A stretch of 26,869 nucleotides of DNA from Candidatus Micrarchaeaceae archaeon (GCA_038878295.1 JAVZVY010000010.1:1-26869); one strand, 5' to 3'. Counted from the first letter of the stretch, positions 1 to 7,484 are shown. The notes: generated from the letters alone by a model not told the origin. Made by a program: numbers and translations.

Positions 1-88
1 AGAAAGTGGCGAAACTCGAGATCTGGTTGCCTTTGGCAATCTGGGTTCAAATTGGCTTAACGCCATGAATCTCCCAGCTCCGGCGCCA
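1..88 (+). tRNA. tRNA-Ser(CGA), 3' portion (5' part outside window), with a T-loop intron at 52-71 and the 3' end of a probable second intron at 1-13
   Basis: Anticodon loop CT-CGA-GA (15-21) and 3' anticodon stem TCTGG (22-26). Long variable arm TTGCC-TTT-GGCAA (27-39). T-stem CTGGG (41-45)/CCCAG (73-77). Acceptor 3' strand CTCCGGC (78-84), discriminator G (85) and encoded CCA (86-88). Removing 52-71 restores the T-loop TTCAAAT. Long variable arm plus G73 fits Ser. Confidence 0.88.
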
Positions 89-1322
89 TTTCAGCGACGC
101 TTGACATGTCTTGCTTCGTAAATTCATTTGCAAAAACAGTCGCATACGAGCCTGCTGGCAGTGAGAAGCTTAGTATCGATTCCTCCCCTCTATTTTCATA
201 CGAGAAATCCTTGAACTTTACTAAGATGGGGCGCAGCGATCCCTTCATGCTCAGTTCAGGCATGCTTTCTATCTTGAACATCTCTGCGTTTATGCCAAGC
301 GCATCGATTGCGGCTTTCTCATAGCTGCTCAGCTTCTCTTTTGGCGTTTCGTAACCAATCAGATTCCCTACAGGGACGCATGTGCCAGAAGACCGATCAC
401 ATGGAATGGTAATGTCTGGAAATCCATAGGCGTTTAGACCGCAACTTTCAAGCTCATTCTCAAAATCATTGCTGCGTATTCGCGCCTCAAGAGCTGCGTT
501 GAATATTATGTCTTCTACAGAGTGTATAAACATTATTAGGAGCCCTCTTGGCAGCAGTCTGAGTGCATTGGCAAAATTTCCGTATTTTGATATATACGAA
601 AGCATCTTGCGCTCGTATTTTAGGTATTCTGGGAAATAGCCTGCAGCTGCCGCAAAATCTTGTTCTTCTGCGAGCCTTCGCCTGGCATCTACAGCTTCGC
701 TGTTGATTTCATTGTCTGTTGAAGTCAGAAACGCCATAACGGCTTCCTTAAAATTGCCATTTAGGATGCTTATGCCTATCCTGAAGTTGTTACCCCTTGA
801 TCCGAATCTTTGCATGCCGAAGTAATTCGGCATTTGGCCGTTGAGCTCAGACAAAATGCGCATCACGCGCTTTTCGTCTAATGGCCTGTCTATTGCGATA
901 GAAAACGAATTGCCAAGAAGATCGCCTAGTCCTACACCTGAAGAAGACTGCCACGCACCGTTTATTTCTATGTCCTTTATGCGCAGCCCAGCAAGTGCGC
1001 CAGAAGAGATTCCGAATATGCTTGCCAACTGCACAGAGGTAGAAAGCCTGTCTTTCATGCCGGCGTAGCCTATAGATTTTACACCTCTGCCGAACCTTCT
1101 GGCTATGGCGGTGAGCGCCTGTATAGTGTCCCAATTTTTCTTCTGCAGTATAAACCTGGCAAAACCGCCTTCCTTGATGTCCTGCTCGCCAAGCTCGTCG
1201 CTTGAATAGTGCCTGCCAGGCTCGAGGAGTATGCCGTTTTGCGTTATTTCCTTGACTACGAATGTGTCTGCGCCTTTTTTTATTCTACCTCCGTTTCCGG
1301 CTGTTTTTGACAATGGCAGCAT
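57..1322 (-). CDS. truD: tRNA pseudouridine(13) synthase TruD (archaeal type)
   Basis: Motifs FVVKEI, IGYAGMKDR (catalytic Asp), PNYFGMQRFG and FSLPAGSYAT. Confidence 0.95.
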   Translation of the reverse strand: MLPLSKTAGNGGRIKKGADTFVVKEITQNGILLEPGRHYSSDELGEQDIKEGGFARFILQKKNWDTIQALTAIARRFGRGVKSIGYAGMKDRLSTSVQLASIFGISSGALAGLRIKDIEINGAWQSSSGVGLGDLLGNSFSIAIDRPLDEKRVMRILSELNGQMPNYFGMQRFGSRGNNFRIGISILNGNFKEAVMAFLTSTDNEINSEAVDARRRLAEEQDFAAAAGYFPEYLKYERKMLSYISKYGNFANALRLLPRGLLIMFIHSVEDIIFNAALEARIRSNDFENELESCGLNAYGFPDITIPCDRSSGTCVPVGNLIGYETPKEKLSSYEKAAIDALGINAEMFKIESMPELSMKGSLRPILVKFKDFSYENRGEESILSFSLPAGSYATVFANEFTKQDMSSVAEMAPELGDSWR

Positions 1323-1537
1323 CCGATACGCCTACGAAAATGCCACTTTATAAGCGAGCATTTGCATGTAATTTGCTCTGAACAACTATTTAGTAGTTGC
1401 TGCAGTGCACGCTGCAAATTGCAAGAAGATTATGCAAAATCGTGCTCGTGAACTTGAGCATGGTGCAATTCATTTAAAAATATGATTTTTTCAGGGTATA
1501 CTGCTAAAAACCTTGCACGCATAATAAATATCGTGAT

Positions 1538-2380
1538 GTGTTGCATCAGCAAGAGTCGTTTGTTGAAAAGGTAATATACAAGATAGTAAAGAAGCACATA
1601 TCAGGCTACACGATGGATTCTTCTCTTAAGAAAGCTCTTGACTTCAACAAAAAGAATATAGGGGCCACAATAACGTTTCTGAGCAGCGTGCCCTCAGACC
1701 AAATAAAAGCCAATTATGTAATAAACACCTACACGCAACTTCTTAGGGAGATAGCAAGAAGGGGCATAAATGCGAGCGTGCATGTAAGACAGCTTAGACT
1801 TGGATACGATTCACCAAATGGGCCTAATGCAATTGGAGTAAAGCGCATAACCGAAGCTAGCAAAAAATATGGGGTGCCGATCTGGATTGATACAGATCCA
1901 AAAATAGCGGAGAATCCTGAGATGCAGAAGGAATACGAATCAGTCGGCAAAGTATTCAATAGCTATGCAGCCGCTATCCAGTATTTCAAGAAAGGTGGCA
2001 AGGCTGATAGTGTAATGATACCGTGCGAGAAGGCCAACGACGGCGAACTTAAGAAGGAGGATGTTGCGGATTTTTTAAATGCGATAGAGAAATTATGCTC
2101 CTATTCGAGAAGCGTTGTGCTGAAGCTGCCTCCAAGCAGCATATTCAACAAAATACTCAAGAATGGCAGCAAGTACAAGAAGGCGCTGTCAATCGAATTC
2201 CCTCTTGGATACAGTGAGAAAAAGGTTTTGAAAATAGCAAGGGAAGGAAGCGCGCGGCTCAGCGTTTATATACCATTCGGCAAAGACTGGATAGGATACG
2301 CTATGGAAAGCGTTCCGGAGGGCTACATAAGGTCTATTGCAGGCAGACTGCTCAGAGGGAAAGGTGTTGGAAGTGACTAA
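1538..2380 (+). CDS. Proline dehydrogenase-like TIM-barrel protein, apparently catalytically degenerate
   Basis: Segments colinear with monofunctional PRODH: HISGYTMDSSL ~ FVAGETLEEAL; IWIDTD ~ VRIDME; IEFPLG ~ EFQMLYG; VYIPFGKDWIGY ~ VYVPYGxDWYPY. The RLVKGAY and YxxRRxxE motifs are absent. Confidence 0.65.
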   Translation: MLHQQESFVEKVIYKIVKKHISGYTMDSSLKKALDFNKKNIGATITFLSSVPSDQIKANYVINTYTQLLREIARRGINASVHVRQLRLGYDSPNGPNAIGVKRITEASKKYGVPIWIDTDPKIAENPEMQKEYESVGKVFNSYAAAIQYFKKGGKADSVMIPCEKANDGELKKEDVADFLNAIEKLCSYSRSVVLKLPPSSIFNKILKNGSKYKKALSIEFPLGYSEKKVLKIAREGSARLSVYIPFGKDWIGYAMESVPEGYIRSIAGRLLRGKGVGSD

Positions 2381-3362
2381 TAGCAAAAACACAAAAAACG
2401 GAGATGCCGATGGCGTTGGGGGGAATGGAAAGGTCTATTTTGTCACAGGCGCCGATGGAAGAATAGGCAGAACCCTTATTCCGTTTCTTCTCAAGCACAG
2501 CACGAGAGTTAATGCGCTAGTGACAAGCAAGAATAGGATACTTAATCTACCTCGGGGTTCCACGCCTTACGTTGGCACGCTCAATGATACCGCAGTGCTT
2601 GATGAGGCATGCGCTGGCGTCGATACAATATTTCACCTTGCAGGCAACGTAAGCTCTTACAAAAGCCCGATAAAGGAGCTTATAAATTCGAATGTCACTG
2701 GGGTAAAGAACGTTATCGAAGCCGCCGAAAGACACGGCGTAAAGCATTTCATATTCGCTAGCAGCATAGACGTATATGGAAGCAACAGAAAGGACGTGCT
2801 CACGGAGAATTCCAAACTCAGGCCTACGGACCCTTATGGATATAGCAAGATGCTAGCCGAGGATGCGATAATCGGATTTAAAACTGTGCCATACACAATT
2901 TTCAGGATTGCAACAATATATGGGCCTAACTTCGAAGGTTCATTCTTCAAGGTTTTCAGCGCAATAAAAAGCGGAAGTGCAAGGATCGTGGGCAATGGAA
3001 AAAACCGCATGCCCCTCATACACATATACGATGTTATGCAGGCTTTCATGCTTGCCGACAGCAAGGAGGCAAGCAAGTACAATATATATAACCTCTCCGA
3101 TGGCAACATTTATACCCAGGAATATTTGTTCAATCTTGCCGCAGATTTGCTTAATGTGCCAAGGCCAACCAAAAGGATAAGTTTGAAGTTTCTCGCCAAG
3201 CTGCTTGGCAAGTATAAGGGCCTTGACAGCGATGAGCTCAGATTCCTCTTGAGCAACAGAACGGTCGACATAAGCAAAATAAAACAGGAATTAGGCTTCA
3301 ATCCGCTAGTTAACATAGTTGATGGTGCAAAAGAAATTATTAAAAAGTTCTCTGAGAGATAG
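2373..3362 (+). CDS. NAD-dependent epimerase/dehydratase (extended SDR)
   Basis: VTGADGRIG Rossmann motif, FHLAG, SS..VYG, catalytic YGYSK and IYGP. Start placed at GTG 2373 after AGGTG; the ORF track starts at 2337. Confidence 0.92.
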   Translation: MTNSKNTKNGDADGVGGNGKVYFVTGADGRIGRTLIPFLLKHSTRVNALVTSKNRILNLPRGSTPYVGTLNDTAVLDEACAGVDTIFHLAGNVSSYKSPIKELINSNVTGVKNVIEAAERHGVKHFIFASSIDVYGSNRKDVLTENSKLRPTDPYGYSKMLAEDAIIGFKTVPYTIFRIATIYGPNFEGSFFKVFSAIKSGSARIVGNGKNRMPLIHIYDVMQAFMLADSKEASKYNIYNLSDGNIYTQEYLFNLAADLLNVPRPTKRISLKFLAKLLGKYKGLDSDELRFLLSNRTVDISKIKQELGFNPLVNIVDGAKEIIKKFSER

Positions 3363-3376
3363 TGTTTTGTGATTTT

Positions 3377-4171
3377 ATGAAGATAGGAAAAACTGAAAAA
3401 TATATACTAGACACGCTTGAAAGCAAAGGAGCAATGATATTCATGCTTATAGATCCAGTTGATTACAAGACTCCTGACCTTGCGGTAAAGACGGCACTCG
3501 AAAGTGTAAAGGGAGGATCTGACCTGATACTTGTAGGCGGCAGCATAGGCGCCCAGGGCGAGCTCCTTGACTATGTCACAAAAGGTATAAAGGACGGTGT
3601 CGATGATGTGCCGGTGATACTTTTCCCGGGCAATATAGCAACGCTTACCAGATACGCTGATGCAGTATATTTCATGTCGCTGCTTAATGCAAGAAACCCC
3701 TACTGGATAACGCAGGTTCAGATGCTCGCTGCGCCTATAATAAAAAGGCTCAACATAGAGCCGATACCTGTAGGATACATAGTCGTTGCTCCTGGCGGAA
3801 CCGTCGGTTGGGTCGGCGATGCTAACCTTGTACCTCGTGAAAAACCTAAAATTGCTGCTGCGCTCGCAATGGCTGGCGAATACCTTGGCAACAGATTCAT
3901 AATTACAGACGTTGGCTCAAACCCTAAGCTGCAGCACTCAGGGCCGGTGCCAAACTCGATAATTAGAGCCGTAAAAGAATCGATAACGGTGCCGTACATA
4001 GTTGCTGGAGGTATAAGAACTGTAGATAAACTGAGGGAAGTTTACAGGGCTGGCGCGGACATGGTTCAGATAGGGACCGCTATAGAGCAGGCGAGCGATG
4101 CAAGAAGGATTACTGAGGCTTTCGCGAGAGTTAAGAAGGAAGAGGGTGCGAGAAAGCTTAAAAATGGTTGA
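3377..4171 (+). CDS. Geranylgeranylglyceryl phosphate synthase (group II-like PcrB/GGGPS family)
   Basis: LIDP, LVGGS, PVILFPGN, ADAVYFMSLLNARNPYWI, GYIVVAPGGTVGWVGDA, GGIRT and GAD..QIGT. ATG 3377 preferred over GTG 3362. Confidence 0.93.
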   Translation: MKIGKTEKYILDTLESKGAMIFMLIDPVDYKTPDLAVKTALESVKGGSDLILVGGSIGAQGELLDYVTKGIKDGVDDVPVILFPGNIATLTRYADAVYFMSLLNARNPYWITQVQMLAAPIIKRLNIEPIPVGYIVVAPGGTVGWVGDANLVPREKPKIAAALAMAGEYLGNRFIITDVGSNPKLQHSGPVPNSIIRAVKESITVPYIVAGGIRTVDKLREVYRAGADMVQIGTAIEQASDARRITEAFARVKKEEGARKLKNG

Positions 4172-5295
4172 GCCTGATGCGCGAGATAGCTTCTGTTGAG
4201 CTAGGGGTTATTTCGACAGAGATCGGAGAGCTGCTCGGTTGCACGCTTTCAAAGTTCTATGATCTGGGCAATGGCGCTTTCAGGTTTTCTTTTTCTTCTA
4301 GAGATAAAAGTGGCACTGTCTATTGCAAGCTGCTGCGCACGATAAACTTAACCTCATTTTTGGAGGAAGCTGGAGAAGCGACAAACTTTGCAATGGCCAT
4401 GCGAAAGAGAATTCTTGGCGCAAAGCTCGCCTACGTGAGGCAGTATAGGAGTGATAGGATTCTGATCTTTGGGCTTGATGATGCAGGAGGCAAATATGAA
4501 CTCGTGTTTGAGATGTTCGGAAAAGGCAACCTGTTGCTTTTGAAGGAAGGTTATATCGAGCTTTGCTATAGGATAGTAAAACAGAGGGAAAGGGAAATAA
4601 GACCAGGAATAGCTTACGCTTTCCCTAAAGGCGGCAGCGCACTTACTATTGATGAAATAGATTATGATGCAGCAAAAAACGCTGCAAATGCTATGTCTGC
4701 GACTGGAAAAAAGCTAATAGCTGCATTTGGAAGCTATTTCAGCTTTGGGCCGCTGTACAGCGACGACATAATGAGGAGGGCTGGACTCGATCCAAATGCA
4801 GACGCTGCGTCGATAAAAGGCCACGAGGACGATCTTGCCGAAGCAGTAGTCGCATTCAAGGAAAAGCTGGCAAATGTGTCGCCGCGCATTTACATTGATA
4901 AAGGCGGTTTTGCTGACTACGCCATCTGTGATATCTGGAAGTATTCAGGCCTGGATTACAAAGCATACAAAAGCCTCAGCGAAGCTTTGGACGAATTCTA
5001 CCTAGCAGAAAGAACAAAAAAAGGGCCAGATGACACAGGGAAGAACAAAGTAATCGAGATCAAGGCCAGCATGCAAAAACAAGAGGAAATAATCAGGGAA
5101 CTTGAGGCAAGCGAAAAAAAAGACATGGAAATCGGCAACAAGATATTTGAGAGGATGGACGACATAAACTCGCTCATAAAGGAAATAAACCTCCTTATAA
5201 AAAAGAGAGAAATCAGCAGTAGTATGACCATTGGCAATATAAAGGTAAAATCGGTAAACCTTAAAGAAAAGAAAGTCACAATAGATATTGATTGA
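4168..5295 (+). CDS. Rqc2/RqcH (NFACT/FbpA family), N-terminal half only
   Basis: NFACT-N motifs NFAMAMRKRI, QYRSDRIL, LVFEMFGKGNLLL and REIRPGIAYAFP. HhH region FGPLYSDDIMRRAGLD, then SLSEALDEFY and a coiled coil. It ends at 375 aa with no NFACT-R domain. Confidence 0.88.
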   Translation: MSLMREIASVELGVISTEIGELLGCTLSKFYDLGNGAFRFSFSSRDKSGTVYCKLLRTINLTSFLEEAGEATNFAMAMRKRILGAKLAYVRQYRSDRILIFGLDDAGGKYELVFEMFGKGNLLLLKEGYIELCYRIVKQREREIRPGIAYAFPKGGSALTIDEIDYDAAKNAANAMSATGKKLIAAFGSYFSFGPLYSDDIMRRAGLDPNADAASIKGHEDDLAEAVVAFKEKLANVSPRIYIDKGGFADYAICDIWKYSGLDYKAYKSLSEALDEFYLAERTKKGPDDTGKNKVIEIKASMQKQEEIIRELEASEKKDMEIGNKIFERMDDINSLIKEINLLIKKREISSSMTIGNIKVKSVNLKEKKVTIDID

Positions 5296-6189
5296 ATGCG
5301 CATAAAAGTCACAATACTTGGCACCTCCGGATCGACGCCTTCAAAATCAAGGGGTATGCCCAGCGTAGCGATTTCATACGAAGGAAGCATATACCTTTTT
5401 GACTGCGGGGAAGGCACGCAGATGCAGATGCTTAAATATGGTCTGAATATCGCAAAGGTTGATGCGATTTTTATAACGCATGTGCATGGCGATCACATAA
5501 TAGGTCTTCCGGGCCTTGTGAGGTCATTGTCTCTCAACCATAGATCAAGGCCGCTTTCCATATTCGTGCCAAAAGGTTCAGAGAACGTGGTTCGAAACCT
5601 GCTTTCTTTCGACAAAGCGCTTATAGCGTTTCCAATATTGGTAAACGGCGTAAAGGCTGGAGTCGTGATGAAAAATGAGACGATTGCCATAGAGGCGTTC
5701 AAGCTAAATCATACCATAAAGACTTACGGATACATATTTAGAGAATTGGACAGGAGAAGGTTCATTAAGAAAAAGTGCAAAGCTTTGGGGATAGAAGGCA
5801 AAATGTTTTCGGAGCTCCAGTCTAAGGGCAGCGTGGTTGTCAAGGGAAAAAGGATAGGCATAAAGAGCGTAACATGGCTAAAAAAAGGAAAGAGGATAGT
5901 ATACGCATCTGATACAAGGCCTACAAAAGAGACTGTGAAGGTGGCAAAGGGCGCAGACCTGCTCATACATGAGTCAACGTATACCGAAAACGAAAAAAAA
6001 CTCGCAGTTAAAAGAAAGCATTCTACTGCGCATGAAGCCGCAGAAATTGCGAAGGAAGCTGGAGTAAGCAGACTCGTGCTTATGCACATAAGCACAAGGC
6101 ATGCCGATCCGCATGAGCTTATTAAAGAGGCGCGCATAGTTTTTAGGAATGTAATAGTGGCGCATGACGGAAGTAATATATTTGTTTGA
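5296..6189 (+). CDS. rnz: Ribonuclease Z (tRNase Z, short form)
   Basis: LGTSGSTP, LFDCGEGTQ, ITHVHGDHIIG (HxHxDH), exosite arm, SDTRP, LIHEST, HST and LMHISTR. Confidence 0.96.
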   Translation: MRIKVTILGTSGSTPSKSRGMPSVAISYEGSIYLFDCGEGTQMQMLKYGLNIAKVDAIFITHVHGDHIIGLPGLVRSLSLNHRSRPLSIFVPKGSENVVRNLLSFDKALIAFPILVNGVKAGVVMKNETIAIEAFKLNHTIKTYGYIFRELDRRRFIKKKCKALGIEGKMFSELQSKGSVVVKGKRIGIKSVTWLKKGKRIVYASDTRPTKETVKVAKGADLLIHESTYTENEKKLAVKRKHSTAHEAAEIAKEAGVSRLVLMHISTRHADPHELIKEARIVFRNVIVAHDGSNIFV

Positions 6190-6206
6190 TTCCAAATAAC
6201 AAGAGA

Positions 6207-6277
6207 GGAGGCATCGTCTAGTGGTAGGACGGCAGATTGACATTCTGCAAGCAGGAGTCCGATTCTCCTTGCCTCCA
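6207..6277 (+). tRNA. tRNA-Val(GAC), no encoded CCA
   Basis: Acceptor GGAGGCA/TGCCTCC plus A73. D-arm GTCT-AGTGGTA-GGAC. Anticodon stem GCAGA/TCTGC with loop TT-GAC-AT (anticodon 6239-6241). 4-nt variable loop. T-stem AGGAG/CTCCT with loop TCCGATT. Confidence 0.92.
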
Positions 6278-6300
6278 TGCCCATGTAGTCAAGTGGTGCG

Positions 6301-6720
6301 ATGGCCAGATTCATGGCTTGGCATGTTAAGTATTTCAAAGCTTATCCGAAGGAGAGAGGTCGGTCAGATTTGATTGAGGAAGCAAATGAGGTCAGCGTGG
6401 GGAACGCCCTTTTGGTCTTCTTAAGCTTTGAGAAATCCGATACTTCAAAACCTGTCGAAATTGTTGACAGAACTTCAGATGAAATAATCAGGATATGCAC
6501 GAATTTGGGCATCGGCACTATTGTGCTCAATCCGTTTGCCCATCTCTTCGGCGACCTCGCGAACGCACAGGACGCGAGCAGAATGCTTAACGATCTTTAC
6601 AAAAAACTCAAGGATAGGAACTTTGAAGTGTATAAGCTGGCGTTTGGGATTTTCTACGAGATAGAGCTTAAAGCCGAAGGCCACAAGCTTTCTAGGATAT
6701 CCAGAATAATATCAAGCTAA
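6301..6720 (+). CDS. Free-standing archaeal threonyl-tRNA synthetase editing-domain homolog (DTD-like fold)
   Basis: NALLVFLSFEKSD, IVLNPFAHL and FG...GHKLSRISR match the archaeal ThrRS N-terminal editing domain (YPFAHLS ... PFGYYK ... GHPLAELSR). GGTG SD lies upstream. Confidence 0.85.
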   Translation: MARFMAWHVKYFKAYPKERGRSDLIEEANEVSVGNALLVFLSFEKSDTSKPVEIVDRTSDEIIRICTNLGIGTIVLNPFAHLFGDLANAQDASRMLNDLYKKLKDRNFEVYKLAFGIFYEIELKAEGHKLSRISRIISS

Positions 6721-7415
6721 ACCTTGCTCAGCCTTTCCTGTATCTCTGCCGGGCTCAGCTTTGTAGTAAGCAGTGGTATCTTCTCGACCTGAGCAATCTT
6801 TATTGCGAGCTTGTCAACAGAGTCAAGATTGCACATGGTTACTATCCTTGGCTTGATTGGCGCAACCCTTATCACTACCATAGGCGACCTCCCCGTGCTT
6901 ACCTGGTCGAATATGAATACTCTTTCTGTTGTTGAGCCGAACAGTTTCGGATATTCGTTGAGGGGTATTTCTATTATCACCCTTAAGCTGTCCAGAATTG
7001 TATAACCAAATATCTTTATAGAATCCAAGTAATTAGGGTTCGCAACTATTTTTGCGTCTATTATCCTTGCGAAATCGACCCCACTAAGAGGAGCAGAAAA
7101 GTCATGTATCGTGTATGGCGGTTGTTCCGATTCCGAAGGCTGAAGCACAACAAGCTTCTCAAGATTTTTTGCTACGTTGCCGCCTTTCTGGGCGTCTATC
7201 TCCACAAGTGCCGTAACGAGCCTCTTTACCACGTTTACGCCTGGGCTCTGCCTCCTATTGCTCTCGTAATCGCTTATTGTGGAAGCCGAAAGCTTCAGGT
7301 ATTTTGCAAGTTCTATCTGGCTTATATTAAAGAGTTCACGCCATTTCTTCATAGTGCCTCCAGGATTCTCTGAAAGTGTTATTTCCCCAGCTATTACTTC
7401 GCTCAAATTGTTCAT
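6717..7415 (-). CDS. Archaeal HTH (XRE/Cro-like) transcriptional regulator with C-terminal DRTGG-like domain
   Basis: IAGEITLSENPGGTMKKWRELFNISQIELA..STISDYESNRRQSPG and FDQVSTGRSPMVVIRV are typical of a conserved archaeal regulator family. ATG 7415 chosen as start. Confidence 0.88.
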   Translation of the reverse strand: MNNLSEVIAGEITLSENPGGTMKKWRELFNISQIELAKYLKLSASTISDYESNRRQSPGVNVVKRLVTALVEIDAQKGGNVAKNLEKLVVLQPSESEQPPYTIHDFSAPLSGVDFARIIDAKIVANPNYLDSIKIFGYTILDSLRVIIEIPLNEYPKLFGSTTERVFIFDQVSTGRSPMVVIRVAPIKPRIVTMCNLDSVDKLAIKIAQVEKIPLLTTKLSPAEIQERLSKV

Positions 7416-7443
7416 AATATACAATATCCTGCATAAAGGTTTA

Positions 7444-7480
7444 TTAACTTATTGACGAATTGACATTTGACATTTATCAA
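7444..7480. promoter_or_regulatory. TTGAC direct-repeat array with an imperfect palindrome upstream of the HTH gene
   Basis: TTAAC 7444 and TTGAC at 7452, 7460 and 7467; TTGAC-ATTT-ATCAA at 7467-7480. Function inferred only. Confidence 0.4.
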
Positions 7481-7484
7481 CCGA

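Noticed and set aside
6279..6325. GCCCATG-TA-GTCAAGTGGT right after tRNA-Val looks like the 5' end of a second (or split) tRNA, with a possible CAT loop further on
   Set aside because: There is no T-arm or matching 3' acceptor strand, and the putative anticodon stem is mismatched. The GGTG is explained as the SD for ATG 6301, and the rest is coding sequence. A decayed remnant cannot be fully excluded.
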